Below are positions 40,730-54,500 of a stretch of 64,000 bases of DNA, one piece after another (position 1 is the stretch's first letter; each line of letters opens with the position of its first letter). The notes beneath the pieces are model-generated. The model saw nothing but the letters and a program-made list of their open reading frames with translations, was not told the DNA's origin and ran no database searches. The DNA is from Mobula hypostoma. Taxonomy: Eukaryota. A program made the position numbers and the translations under genes. The stretch spans positions 13,578,001 to 13,642,000 of the forward strand of contig NC_086108.1 of the NCBI RefSeq assembly GCF_963921235.1, in the 5' to 3' direction.

Positions 40730-42098
40730 TCAAACAAATTGTAAGAGGTGAAGTGAAAGGACATAAGGGATTAACCAACCCCCTGCAAGGAGAGGTATCA
40801 GAATAATAACCATTGGAATTTGTTTATTATTGCTACATATACCAAGACACAGTGAAAAACTAGTCCTGCATACTGTTCATAGAAATTAATTCATTACCAA
40901 CACAATTGAGGTCGCACAAAGTAAAACAGTAACAGAATGCAGAATAAAGTATAACTACTGAGGAAGTGCAGTGTAGGTAAACAATAAGGTACAAGATCAA
41001 GACAAGAATCCATCCTATCAGACAAATGATACATTTTATTGTCTTATAACAGAGAGGTAGAAGCTAACTCTGAGTCTGGTGGTACACACTTTCAGGTTTA
41101 AATATATTCTGCCCGATGCGAGAGGGGAGTGAGAGAATGGCTTGCGTGTGTGGGGTATTTAATTATGCTGGTTGTTTTACTGAGGCAGTGAGAAATAAAG
41201 ACAGTCAGAAGGGAGGCTAGTTCTATACGCCCTCACTGGCGTACAACCTTATGTACAGCCTAACGTCACCTTATGGACAAACAATCAATGACTATAAGCT
41301 ATCTTATGTATTTATATTTATTGTGTTTTTTATTACTTTATTAGTGTTCTTTATCTTGTGTTTTTTTGTAACTATTTCATTCTCCTTATATTTGTGTACA
41401 GGAAATGACATTAAACTACCTTGAGCCTTGGTTTCTGTGATGAACTGAGCCACGAGCACAACTCTTTGCAGTTTCTTGCTTTCATGGGCAGAGCAGTTGC
41501 CATATGGAACCGTGATGTATCTAGATAGACTGCTCTCTATGGTGCATCAGTAAAGCACGGTAAGGGTTGACAGGGCCATGCCAAATCTCTTGAGCCTCTG
41601 AGGAAGCAGACACATTGCTGAGCTTCCTTGGCCATGGCATCTGCATGGCTGGACCGGGACAGGTTACTGGTAATGTTCACTCCAAGAAACTTGAAGCTTT
41701 CAAAATCTTCAGTCTCATCACCACTTCTGTTAGCAGAAGCAGGTGCACCACCCCCTTCCAGAACTCAATGACCAGTTCTTTGTTTTGTTGACTTTAAGGG
41801 AAAAGTTGTTGCCATGACACCATGTTACAATGTTCTCATCTCTTTCCTGTAGCCCAGCTCATTGTTATTTGAAAACATGCAGGAATCATCTGCAAACTGT
41901 AGAGAGATAATCAGGTAGCACAAGAGCTGTTCAGGACGATCATAATCCTTGCAACAAATACAACCACAAGAAAGATGCTTTGTCACAGCAGCTTTTCTCT
42001 CCCAAGGACCACACCTGGCTGCAATCCCTCCTAGCAGTCCCAACCCCATCCTCCATGTTTCAGGTCCAAGCCAGGTGCAATCGATCTGCACAACTCAC

Positions 42099-42234
42099 CT
42101 AGAAACAATACTTGAGCCATTGTACAAGTCGTTGGCGTAGGAGAGGGTGGCAAGGGGTCTTACTGAGCTGTACCGTGTAAACTTTGAAAGACACTCCTGA
42201 AATTCTTCCAGCTGATTGACTGATCTGGTTTCAT
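42099..42234 (-). CDS. COP1: COP1 exon ([45 protein letters not shown])
   Basis: Flanked by ttacag and gtgagt, 136 nt. Matches COP1; phase 1 to 2. Confidence 0.96.
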
Positions 42235-43227
42235 CTGTAATATGTAATACAAAGAATCAGTCTTATCTCTGTTCCTAACAGCGATGTAACTATAACCTCA
42301 ATGAATCTGACCAATACTGGACTGGATGAACTCAGTCAGCAAATTGATACTCCGATACCCCTTTAATCACTCTGTTACAAATAAACTGGTGATTTTCACA
42401 CAGCATGGCCTGAGAAAGCAACTTCGAAAATAAAGTGACAACAGATGTTGCAGTTTGCTATCCTCAGGCGATGACAGTGGATGGGAACTCTAACTGACCA
42501 CCTGAACTCCAGGTGGTTGACTTGGAAGGTGTTGGGGGAAAAAAAAAGCTATTTCCACCGCTAGCTATCCAGTAGCTTTAAACAGTATGGAAAATTTAAA
42601 TAGAATTTTCAGGTTGCAATGCATGGTTAACACAAATATATATATTGTTAGGAGATACGCAGTGTTTAAGCAAGATTGATTTTTGAGTCAAAGATGTAGA
42701 TAATCCTCCCAGAGAAGGGCTGTGCTTAATCACGTTTTTAGGAAAAAAAACTGGGCAAGTGTTGGAAGTCTCAGTTGGGAACACTTCAAAAATTCACAAT
42801 TCCATAAGTTGTAAGGTTATTATGAAACAGGTTTAAGGTTGTTACTCAAGTTGAAGTCCTAAACTTAGTGGGGGGGGGGGGGGAAGAGGCTGATTTCAAT
42901 AAAGATTTGCAACGTAGACTGGAAGCAAAGGCATGCAGTTTAAAAAAAGTATCTGACAAGTAGGAGTCTTGTAAAAGAGTTAGCATGAATTGAGGGACAG
43001 CATGTTTGGTGAGGGTCAAACACAAGAGATGGCAAAAATAATGACCCTACCTTGCTAGATAAAGGGTGACTGCCAAGAGGGGTAGGCAGGGAAGAATGCA
43101 AACGACTCCTATGGCTGTGCACCTCTCCAACCAGTATATCATTCTGAATACAATTGGGAGGTGAGAGGAAGAATGGCCTTTCAAAGTAAAGCAACAGCAG
43201 CAGCCAGATCAGCGGCAGCATGATGGC

Positions 43228-43445
43228 AAACATGAGGAAATCTGCAGATGCTGGAAATTCAAGTAACACTCATAAAATATGCTGGTGAATGCAGCAGGCC
43301 AGGCAGCATCCAGAGGGAGAGGTACAGCCGATGTTTTGGGCCGAGGCCCTTCGTCAGACGAAGGGTCTCGGCCCGAAACATCGACTGTACCTCTTCCTCT
43401 AGATGCTGCCTGGCCTGCTGCATTCACCAGCATTTTTTATGTGAG
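43228..43445. mobile_element. Fold-back PLE terminal-repeat element with a 12-bp TSD
   Basis: About 87-bp inverted arms centred on 43356, flanked by the direct repeat GCAGCATGATGG (43215-43226 and 43445-43456). Confidence 0.85.
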
Positions 43446-46122
43446 CAGCATGATGGGCTCTGTTGTACAGCAGGGTAGGTCAAAGCCTGGGTGAGCAATA
43501 GTTATAGAGGACTCTTTGGTCAGTAGTGGAGACAGAAGTTCTATGGTTCCTTGCTGCCAGGATAAAGGACATCTCCAAGTGGGAACAGAACATTTTGAAA
43601 GGGGAGGGTGAGCAGTCAGAGGTCGCAGTCCACATTGGCCATGATACAGGTATGAAGAGAGATGAGGTCCATTAAAGAGAACTTAAGGAGTTAGGTAGAA
43701 AGTTTAAACTAAACAAGAAAGTCAGGGCTGTAATGCACAATGAAAACAAGGAAAATAGTACAGTCAATTGCCTGGCTAATGAGCTGATGCAAGAGGGAGT
43801 GCTTCAGGTTCACGGATCATTTGGCTCTCTTAAAAGGGAAGGTTGCAACTGTACAAGAGGCAAATAAACTGGAGGGGTACAACTATTTATAGAAACATAG
43901 AAAACCTATAGCACAATACAGGCCCTTCGGCCCACAAAGCTGTGCCGAACATGTCTTACTCCAGCCTCACAGGCATACTTCCTATTCTTCACAAGTAACT
44001 TGCCTCACCTTGACCCACTGAGAAAAAGCCCTCCTACTCTGACTCCCACTACTCTAACACCCGCTCTATAAAGCTGTCTTCTTGTAAAGTCCTTCCCACC
44101 GGTCTAACTTGCTGACGTCCATGCACCTGCGCAGTGGTGCCACCATTTCTGCAAGGAGGGGTATTTAAGCCAACATGACAGGAGTGGGAATCAAAGCAGA
44201 AGGTCAGCAAGCGAAAGGAGATTAAGCTGAGCAAGTCTAAGAGGAAAAACAGACAATTGAACACAGCAGGACTGACAGGCTCCTGTATTTATTTCAATAA
44301 AAAGACAATTAAGCCAAGGCAGATGAATCTAGAGCCTGGATTAGAGTATAGGTTTATAAAGTCATGGCCGTTACTGAGACTTGATCAAGAGAAAAGCAGG
44401 AATGGCAGCTCAAAGATTCAGGCTTGAATGTTTCAAGCACAACAGAGGGATATAAAAATGGTGGTAGAGTTGGAATAATGACCAGGAAGAGGGGCACAGC
44501 TGCACGAAGACAGAGCATCATGGTGGGCTCATACAGTGTTGCAGTGATGCATAGAGGTGCATCACTTTGATGGGGATATACTATAGGCCTATACCGAGGG
44601 AGATGGAGGAACATATACGTAGGCACATTATGGAACGACGTACAAGTAACAGGGTTGTTATTATTGGTAATTTTCATTTTCCAGTAGGCTTAGATGGGGT
44701 AGAATTTATTAGATGCATAGAAACAAGTTTTGTGAAACGTTATGTAGATAGTCCAACTAGGGAAGGAGATGCTTTGAAGATAGAGCTCTGGGGAAAGTGC
44801 TAAATTGGGGTAAGACTAATTAGGAAATTCAGCATATCTTGATGAGTTTCACCAATTTTGTAGATGCACAAAGAAAGCATTTTATCTAGAAAAATCAGTT
44901 TGGTGTAGCAACTGCTCTGTCCAAGATCACAAGAAATTACAGAGATGAAGACACAGCTCAGTTCATAATACAAACCAGCCTCCTCTCCATGGATTCAGTT
45001 TACATTACCTGCTTCCTTGGGAAAGCACCCAACATAATCAAAAATCCCTCACTCTGGAAATTCTCTCCTCTCTTTTGATGAAGCAGAAGATACAAATGCT
45101 TGATGGCATACCATCAGACAAATACAGTTTCTACACTTTTTTCACCCGAATGGCATCTTTGCTATAGCAGAGTGACCAAAGCTGAACACAGTATTCCAAA
45201 TCTGACCTCACTATCTGCAGCTTCACACTTGAACTGCTATTTTCAATGCCCTGAACTGCGTGCCAAAACCCTTCTACACAGTCTACCTGCGACATCGCTT
45301 TCAGGAACCATATACACCTGTTTTCCAACATTCCTCAGGGCCCTATCATTCACTGTGAAAGTCCTACCCTCATTTGTTTTCCCAAAATGCAACATTTCAC
45401 ACTTATCCATATTGAACTCTACTTGCCATTACTTAGCACACTTACATAGATCAAGTTCCCTTTGTAATTTCTCATAAACATTATTATCAACGAGACCACC
45501 TATTTTAGAGCTATCTGCAAATTAACCATGCCTTGTATATTCTCAATGAAATCATAGATATAGATGATATATAGCAATGGCCATAGCACTAAGTCCTGGG
45601 GTATACCTCCAGTCCAAAGAACAAGTTTCCACCATCTCTCTGCTTCCTACCAGGAAGCTCAAAGTGTATCCAATCAGCCAGCTCTCCATGGATCCCTTAT
45701 GACATGACTTTCCAGAGCAGTCTACCATGCTGAACCTTATAAAAAGGTGTTACTGAAGTCCTTTGGATTTTCTTTAAACTTCTCTGCCAAAGCCATCCCA
45801 TTTCCTTTTTTGCACTTTTGATTTCTTTCTCACGTGTATTCATTGAGGGAATTACTTGATCCCAGCTGCCTATACCTGACCCATGCCTCATTTTTGCTGA
45901 CCACAGCCTCAATATCCTTCATCATCCATGATTTTCTACATCTACCAGCCTTGCTCTTCACTAACAAAAATGTGCTGATATTCACCTCTTGATATCTCAC
46001 ATTTGAAATGGCTGAGCTTGTTCTCCCTTGAGCAAAGGAGGCGACAGGAGAGCAGTGTAAAAAATTACAACAGGCAAAGACTGAACAGAGTTAAAATGTT
46101 TTACCAATGAAAAGGATATATA

Positions 46123-49074
46123 AAGTGGTGCTAGAAAGCTTGTGAACCCTGTTGAAAAGTAACATTAGCAAATTTGCAGATGACACAAAGCTGGGCGGCA
46201 GTGTGAAACGTGAGGAGGATGTTATGAGAATGCAGGGTGACTTGGACAGGCTGGGTGAGTGGGCAGATGCATGGCAGATGCAATTCAATGTGGATAAATG
46301 TGAGGTTATCCACTTTGGTGGTAAGAACAGGAAGGCAGATTATTATCTAAATGGAGTCAAGTTAGGAAAAGGGGAAGTACAACGAGATCTAGGTGTTCTT
46401 GAACACCAGTCACTGAAAGCAAGCATGCAGGTACAGCAGGCAGTGAAGAAAGCTAATGGCATGCTGGCCTTCATAACAAGGGAAATTGAGTATAGGAGCA
46501 AAGAGGTCCTTCTGCAGCTGTACAGGGCCCTGGTGAGACCACACCTGGAGTACTGCATGCAGTTTTGGTCTCCAAATTTGAGGAAGGACATTCTTGCTAT
46601 TGAGGGAGTGCAGCGTAGGTTCACAAGGTTAATTCCCAGGATGGGCGGGACTGTCATATGTTGAAAGATTGGAGTGACTGGGCTTGTATACACTGGAATT
46701 TAGAAGGATGAGAGGGGACCTGATTGAAACATATAAGATTATTAAGGGATTGGACACGCTGGAGGCAGGAAGCATGTTCCCGCTGATGGTTGAATCCAGA
46801 ACCAGAGGCCACAGTTTAAGAATAAGGGGTAGGCCATTTAGAACGGAGTTGAGGAAAAAATTTTTCACCCAGAGAGTGGTGGATATGTGGAATGCTCTGC
46901 CTCAGAAGGCAGTGGCGGCCAAGTCTCTGGATGTTTTCAAGAAAGAGATGGATAGAGCTCTTAAAGATAGCAGAATCAAAGGTTATGCGGATAAGGCAGG
47001 AACTGGATACTGATTGTGGATGATCAGCCATGATCACAGTGAATGGCGGTGCTGGCTCGAAGGGCCGAATGGCCTACTCCTGCACCTATTGTCTATTGAA
47101 TTTTTCTATTTCTCCATAAATATGATCTAAAATGTGATCAGATCTTCACACAGGTCCTAAAACTAAATAAAGAGAACCTAATTAAATAAGTAACACAATA
47201 AACATTATACCTGTTCATTGTTTATTGAGAAAAATGATCCAATATTACATCCACTTGTTGGAAAAAGTATGTGAACCTCTGGGGTCCTACCAAAGTGTCT
47301 TGGCCCGAAATATCGACTGTACTCTTTTCCATAGATGCTGCCTGGCCAGCTGAGTTCCTCTAGCATTTTGTGTGTGTTGCTTAGATTTCCAGCATCTGCA
47401 GATTTTCTCTTGTTTGCGACTGAACCTTTGGGGTAATGGCCTCTAAGAAAACCAACTGGAGTCAGATGGTCCAATCAATGAGATGAGACCGGAAGTGTGG
47501 TTTGTAGATTTTCTGCATTAATTAAAGTGTGGTCGATTCTCAATCTAAGTCACAATAATTAACAAACACAATCTGCTGAAATAATACACTAACAATTGTA
47601 CTTCTCATCAGTATTGAGTGTACCATTTAAACAATCACAGACTAGGTTCAGAGAACTATGTAAATCTCTGGGGTAATGCCTTCTACAAAAGCTATTTGGA
47701 GTCAGGTGTTCCAATCTACATTGGACGTGTGGGTTGCAGAAATGCCCTGCCTTATAAAAGACACACACAAAGTCATGTTACTGACACAGCCTGCTCTTCT
47801 CAAGAAAAATCCGTTTATGTGTACCATGCCTCAATCAAAACAACTTTCAGAGGACCTTAGAAGAATTGTAGATATGCAAGAAGCTGGAAAAGACTACAAA
47901 GGCATTTCTAAAGATCAGAGTGATCATCAGTCCACAGTAAGAAAAATTGTCTACATATGGAGAAAACTCAGTACCATTGCTACTCTCCTTAGGAGTGGGC
48001 ATGCTGCAAAGATCACACGAACAGCACAACATGCAATGCTGAACGAGGTGAAAAAGAACCCAAGGGCAACAGCAAAAGACCTTCATAAATCTCTAGAACT
48101 TGCTCAAGTCCCTGTTCAAGTACCCACTCTAAGAAAACCACTGAACAAGAATGGTGTTCATGGAAGGACACCACGAAGGAAACCACTGCTCTCCAAAAAA
48201 CTGTCTCAAGTTTGCAAATGACCACTTGGATGTTCTACAACACTTCAGGAATAATGTTTCGTAGACAGCTGAGACAAAAGATGAACTTTTTGGTGGAACT
48301 GCACTTTGCTATGTTTGGAGGAAAAAGGGGACTGCACACCAACACCAAAACCTCATTCTGTGAAGCATGATGAAAGGAGTATCATGGTTTGGGGCTGCTT
48401 TGCTGCCTCAGGGCCTGGACAGCTTGCAATCATTGAGGGAACAATGAATTCAAAATTCTATCAAGACATTTTATAGGAGAATGTCAGGATAGCAGTCCAT
48501 CAGGAAGCTTAATAGAAGATGAATATTGCAACAAGACTGACTCAAAAGACAAGAGTAAATCAACAACAGAGTGGTTTAAAAAGAAAAAAAATTCTTGTTT
48601 TGGAATGACTGAGCCAAAGTCCTGATCTTAATCTTACAGAAATGCTTTGGAAGGATCTTAAGACCATAAGACCATAAGACAAAGGAACAGAAGTAGGCCA
48701 TTCGGCAAGCAAGTCATTCAAGGAAACCCACCAACGTCCCAGAATTGAAGCTGTTTTGCAAGGAGGAATGGCTTAAAATTCCTCCAAGCCGATGTGCAGG
48801 ACAGTTACTGGAAATGTTTGAAGTTATTGCTGTACAAGGGGGTCACACTGGTTACTGAAAGCAAAGGTTCACACACTTTTTTTGAACAAATAAATGTAAA
48901 ATTGGATAATTTTTCTCAATAATAAATTAAGAATAATGTTTTTGTGTTATTTAATTAATTGGGTTCCCTTTATCGAGTTTTGGGACTTGCATGACGATCT
49001 GATCACATTTTATGTCATATCTATGCAGAAATAGAGAAAATTCTACAGGGTTCACAAACTTCCCAGCACCACTG
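46123..49074 (+). mobile_element. Tc1-like transposon, family B, with nested CR1, PLE-repeat and other inserts
   Basis: TIR (c/a)agtggtgctagaaag at the left and ttcccagcaccactg plus TA at the right. Transposase ORF 47676-48221 (PQSKQLSEDLR...GRTPRRKPLL). Confidence 0.9.
46157..47095 (+). mobile_element. Young CR1 3' fragment inserted in a Tc1 TIR
   Basis: KFADD...RPHLEYC; TSD TTGAA (46152-46156 and 47096-47100); same subfamily as 10039-11487. Confidence 0.92.
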
Positions 49075-49361
49075 TATCAACAAGAGGGCACAGATTTTGG
49101 GTGAGAGGAAAACATTTTCAAGGGGATTTGAGGGGCAAGTTTCTTTTACACCGAGTAGTTGATATCTCGAATGTACCGTTAGAGGTAGTGATGGAATCAG
49201 ATGCAATTACTATGTTTAAGAAGCACATTAACAAAAAAAAAATAAAAAGATAAGGCACAGAAGGACACAGTCAGTTTACTTGGTGAAAATGGTCAGTATG
49301 GACAGGGTGGGCTGAAGGGTCATTTCTAAATTGCATCACTCTATGGAAGTAAGAATTTTAC

Positions 49362-49473
49362 CTGATAAACAAGATAACCTGGTTGAGAAATAACATTGCT
49401 CAAGATCCTCAAAATGAGCAGTTAATCGCTTGCGTCGGGAGGCCAATGTGTTGTTGTACGTTTGTCTCTTTCC
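49362..49473 (-). CDS. COP1: COP1 exon ([37 protein letters not shown])
   Basis: Flanked by ctgcag and gtaaaa. The [24 protein letters not shown] block is characteristic of COP1; phase 0 to 1. Confidence 0.95.
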
Positions 49474-49960
49474 CTGCAGACATATTAAAGCATCAGTCAA
49501 ACATCATAAACCAAAAGACAACAGACTCAGCAGATAATTTAGAACATAAAACATAGAAAAAGACACTACAGTACAGGACCTAAGGCCCACAATGTTGTGA
49601 CAACTTTTTAAACCCTACTCCAAGATCAATTTAGCCCTTCTCTCTCACGTAGCCCTTCATTTTTCTTTCTCGCGTTGTTGCTTGTGATGAAGTATTGAAA
49701 ATATTTTTGTCTCAGTCACAAAATTTTTATACCTTTTCCACTCATATTGGTTTCTAATGGTCTATCCATCATTAAGGTATTTTTCAAGCTGTGCTGTCTG
49801 GATTTTGGATTTCTCCGGCCCTGATTTTAAACACTGCATTTGACGTAATCTTGCAAAGACCAGATAAACTCTTATGTGTTTGTGCCCTTTGAAGCCAACG
49901 CCCTTCCCAGTTTGGTGACTTTATGTCCCAGAAACTGCTTTGGGTGACTATTGGCATATA

Positions 49961-51519
49961 CAGTGGCATGCAAAAGTTTGGGCACCCCGGTCAAAATTTC
50001 TGCTACTGTGAAAAGTTAAGTGAGTAGAAGATGAACTGATCTCCAAAAGTCATAAAGTTAAAGATGAAACATTCTTTTCAACATTTTAAGCAAGATTAGT
50101 GTATTATTTTTGTTCTGTACAATTTTAAAGTGGAAAAAAGGAAAGGAGCACCATGCAAAAGTTTGGGCAGCTTAAGAGATTTGAGCTCTCAGATAACTTT
50201 TATTAAGGTCTCAGACCTTAATTAGCTTGCTAGGGCTTGTTCACAGTCATTGTTAGGAAAGGCCAGGTGATGCAAATTTCAAAGCTTTATAAATACCCTG
50301 ACTCCTCAAACCCTGTCCCAACAATCAGCAGCCATGGGCTCCTCCAAGCAGCTGCCCAGCACTCTGAAAATTAAAATACGTGATGCCCACAAAGCAGCAG
50401 AAGGCTATAAGAAGATAGCCGTTTCCTCAGTTCATAATGTAATTAAGAAATGGCAGTTAACAGGAACAGTGGAGGTCAAGTTGAGGTCTGGAAGACCAAG
50501 AAAACTTTCCGAGAGAATTGCTCATAGGATTGCTAGAAAGGCAAATCAAAACCCCGTTTGACGGCAAAAGACCTTCAGGAAGATTTAGCAGACTCTGGAG
50601 TGGTGGTGCACTGTTCTACTGTGTAGCGACACCTGCACAAATATGACCTTCATGGACGAGTCATCAGAAGAAAACCTTTCTTGTGTCCTCACCACAAAAT
50701 TCAGCATCAGAAATTTGCAAAGGAACATCTAAACAAGCCTGATGCATTTTGGAAACAAGTCCTGTGGACTGACGAAGTTAAAATAGAACTTTTTGGCCGC
50801 AATGAGTAAACGTATGTTTGGAGAAAAAAGGGCGCAGAATTTCATGAAAAGAACACCTCTCCAACTGTTAAGCACCGGGGTGAATCAATCATGCTTTGGG
50901 CTTGTGTTGCAGCAGTGGCACGGGGAACATTTCACTGGTAGAGAGAAGAATGAATTCGATTAAATACCAACAAATTCTGGAAGCAAACATCACACAGTCT
51001 GTAAAAAAAAACTGAAGGTGAAAAGATGATGGCTTCTACAACAGGATCCTAAGCACACCTCAAAATCCACAATGGACTACCTAAAGAGGCACAAGCTGAA
51101 GGTTTTGCCATGGCTCTCACAGTCCCCTTACCTAAACATCATCAACAATCTGTGGATAGACCTTTAAAGAGCAGTGCATGGAAGACGGCCCAAGAATCTC
51201 ACATAACTAGAAGCCTTTTGCAAGGAAGAATGGGCAAAAATCCTAAACAAGAATTGCAAGACTCTTGGCTAGCTACAGAACGCGTTTACAAGCTATGATA
51301 CTTGCTGACCATGCAGGGTGCCCAAACTTTTGCTTCGGGCCCTTTTCCTTTTTTATTATTTTGCAACTGTAAAAGATGGAAATAAAATGCTTAAAGTATT
51401 AAAGAAATGTGTCATCTTTAACTTTATGCCTTTTGGAAATCAGGTTATCTTTTCTTCGCTTAGCTACTCACAGTAACTGAAATTTTGACCACGGGTGCCC
51501 AAACTTTTGCATGCCACTG
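49961..51519 (+). mobile_element. Full-length Tc1-like transposon, family A (second copy)
   Basis: TIR CAGTGGCATGCAAAAGTTTGGGCACCC with TA TSDs; disrupted transposase starting MGSSKQLPSTLK. Confidence 0.95.
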
Positions 51520-54500
51520 TATATGCCAATCAATGGAAGGTATTGTGGAAGTTGTGGCAAGGAAAGAGTCAATATAATGCCCAGACAAAGATAGATTACA
51601 GCAGCTCAGCCAAGAAAGGTGCTTGAAGAGCATACTCCCCCCCCCCCTTCCCCCCGCTGCAATAAAGCAACAGAACTGCTCTACGGCAGATGCCATAACT
51701 TTTGTCATGCACCTGGCCCTGACATACACTTATGTCAAAATGCTGTTTTTGGATTTGTTTGCATTTAACAGTATTGTCCCACAGAGCTTGGTGAACAAAC
51801 TCTTAATCGTTTGTCTAGTCACATCACTGTGCAACTGGGTGCTGGACATTCCAACGAACAGACCTCAGAAGGTCAGGATGCATATCTGCTTCTTTCTCCC
51901 CATCATCCTCAACACAGGTGCCCTCCAGGACTGTGTGCTGAGCCTATTACTGTTCACTCTGGTCATTCATGACTGAACGGCCAAACACCCAAGTAATCAC
52001 ACTGACAAGTTTGCTGATGACGTGACAGTGGCGGAGCTCATCACTAACAAAGATGAGATGGCCTACATTGAGGTGGAAGAGCTTGAGGCCTGGTACCAGG
52101 CAAATAACCTCATCTTCAATATCAATAAGACAAAGGGGATGGTTATCAACTTCAGGAGAATTTGCATCACTCATGCCTCTCTTTACAACAGCAGCAAAGC
52201 AGTGGAAATTGCACGTAGATTCAAACTCCTGGGAGTGCACATCTGGAAAACCTCTCAAGATCCCAGAACACATCCTACACAATAAAAAAAGGTCATCAAC
52301 TTTCTGAGGAGGATGAAGAAAACTGGGCAACACACTGAACACTGGAGGAACTCAGCAGGCCAGGCAGCATCTACGGAAAAAACTACAGTCGACTTTTCAG
52401 GTCGAAATGTATGAAGATAGGAACGACTGCGCAAGCACGTAGACGTCAGCGAGTTAGACCGGTGGGAAAAGTTTAAAAAGACAGCTTTATCGTGCTGTAG
52501 GTTTTCTATGTTTCGATGAGAAGTGGACTAAGCACATGTGTAGTAATGTGCAATAAGCATCCTAATATGCTGCATCATTGCTTGGCACAGGGACTGCACT
52601 GCGGCAGACAGGAAGGCTCTACAATGGGTAGTCAAAACTGCCCAACATATCCAAGGCACCAGCCTACCTGCCATCAAGGACATATATACAGAAAGGTACC
52701 GGAAACTTTTCCACTGCTTGTACCATTCCATTCAGGGAGGAGACCATCTGGTATCCACACCATGACCACCATCTCAAAAATAAGTTATTTTCCCCCAATA
52801 CTAAGGCTGATCAATACTTCCACCCACTAACTCATTCCTCCACATACCCTCCACCACTACTTTATCAATTCCTGTTAGTCAACTTATGTACAGACACTCC
52901 TGTTTCTAGAGTCTCTTTATGGACATACAATCAACGGATATTTTCATTATTTATTCATTTACGGGATGTGGGCATTGCCAGCTAAGCCAGCATTTATTGC
53001 CCATCCCTAGTTGCCCTTAAGAAGATGGTGATGAGCTGCCTTCTTGAATTGCTGTAGTCCCCGAGGTATAAGTATACCCACAGTACTGTTACGGAGGGAA
53101 TTCTATGATTTTTACCCAGTGACAATGAAGGAGTGGCAATGTGCTTCCAAGTCAGAATGGTGGTTGACTTGGAGGGGGATTTCCAAGTGGTGGTGTTCCC
53201 AGTTATCTGCTGTTCTCGTCCTTCTGGATGGTCGTGGTCATGGGTCTGGAAAATGCTGCCTTAGGAACTTTGGTGTGTTATTGCAGTGCATCTTGTCGAT
53301 AGTATACACTGCTGCAACTGTTCGCCAATGGTGGAGGGATTGGATGATCGTGGATGGGGCTATCTTATGTATCTTAAACTATCTTATGTATTTGTATTTA
53401 TTATATTAACATTGTTTTTTTCATGTTGCTTTGTATCTAAAGTAACAATTATTTTGTTCTCCTTTGCACTTGTGTACTAGAAAGCGTATTAAAGAATCTT
53501 GAATCTTTAATCTCATGCCTGAGATCACTCTGTGGAGTGAAGGTTTAAAGAACACTGCCTCCATCATGATCAAACAACTATCCCTGATGGAACTGTCATG
53601 GAGTTTACACTCTTTGCTATTGAAATTCAGTCAGATTCACGTTGTCCTTTACAAGAAAGAAAAGGAGGGAGTGTGGACATTGCAGCAAGCCAAAGATTAA
53701 AAAAATGTCCAAGCAAGGATAGGTTGCAAATGGAGTACAGCAGCCCAGGCAAGAAAGGTCTTTGAAGAGCACAACTTCCCTTTGCATTGCAGTTTGCACT
53801 TACTACGACAGTCAATATAATAATATAATGAAAGGATGCAAAACACACAAACCAGCTGAGGGACAATTGTTTCGAAGTATCATCGGTTGTCAGCTCATAG
53901 GTACTAGCCACTTTTAACAACTGTGTCGTGAATGGTGATTTTCTTGCGAGTAAAGAATTCAAACATACATAGCTTGTCAAATAGTCAATATCCACAAATG
54001 CTGGAGCCATAGAGAAGTACAGCACAGAAACAGGCCCTTCTGCCTATCTAATCCATGACAATTATTGAAACTGCCTACTCCCATCAACCTGTACTGGGAC
54101 CATAGCCTCCATATCCCTACTATTCATGTATCTATCCAAACTTGAACGTTGAAATCGAGCTCTTGTGCACCGCTTGTGCTGGCAACCTCAGTGGAAAAAG
54201 CCTGCCTGCATTTAACCAATGTATACCCCTCATTATTTTGTTTACCTCCTTCAAATCTCCTCTCAATCTTTTATATTCTAAAGAATACAGTCCCAATCTA
54301 TTCAATCTTTCCTCAGGTTCTCAGGCTCCAGAGACCCAGCAATATCCTTGTAAATTCTAGCCGATTCTGTATAAAAATGACATTTCTCTGTTCAGAATTC
54401 AGAACAGTGTGAGTGTTCTCCTTATACACAACCATTTATGATTGAGAAATAAGTGCATGTGGTTCAGAATACAACCAGTATCAGAACTGAGTCATGGAGT

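Noticed and set aside
43209..43494. Near-identical ORFs on both strands (MLVNAAGQAAS...)
   Set aside because: They result from the palindromic repeat and are not proteins.
48658..48705. taagacca tandem repeat as a CRISPR-like array or regulatory site
   Set aside because: It is the microsatellite tail of a very short CR1 insertion, and the context is eukaryotic.
53500..54010. Non-repeat-looking stretch with a 132-aa minus-strand ORF as an extra exon or gene
   Set aside because: It has no recognisable motif, and the COP1 exons on either side already join in frame without it.
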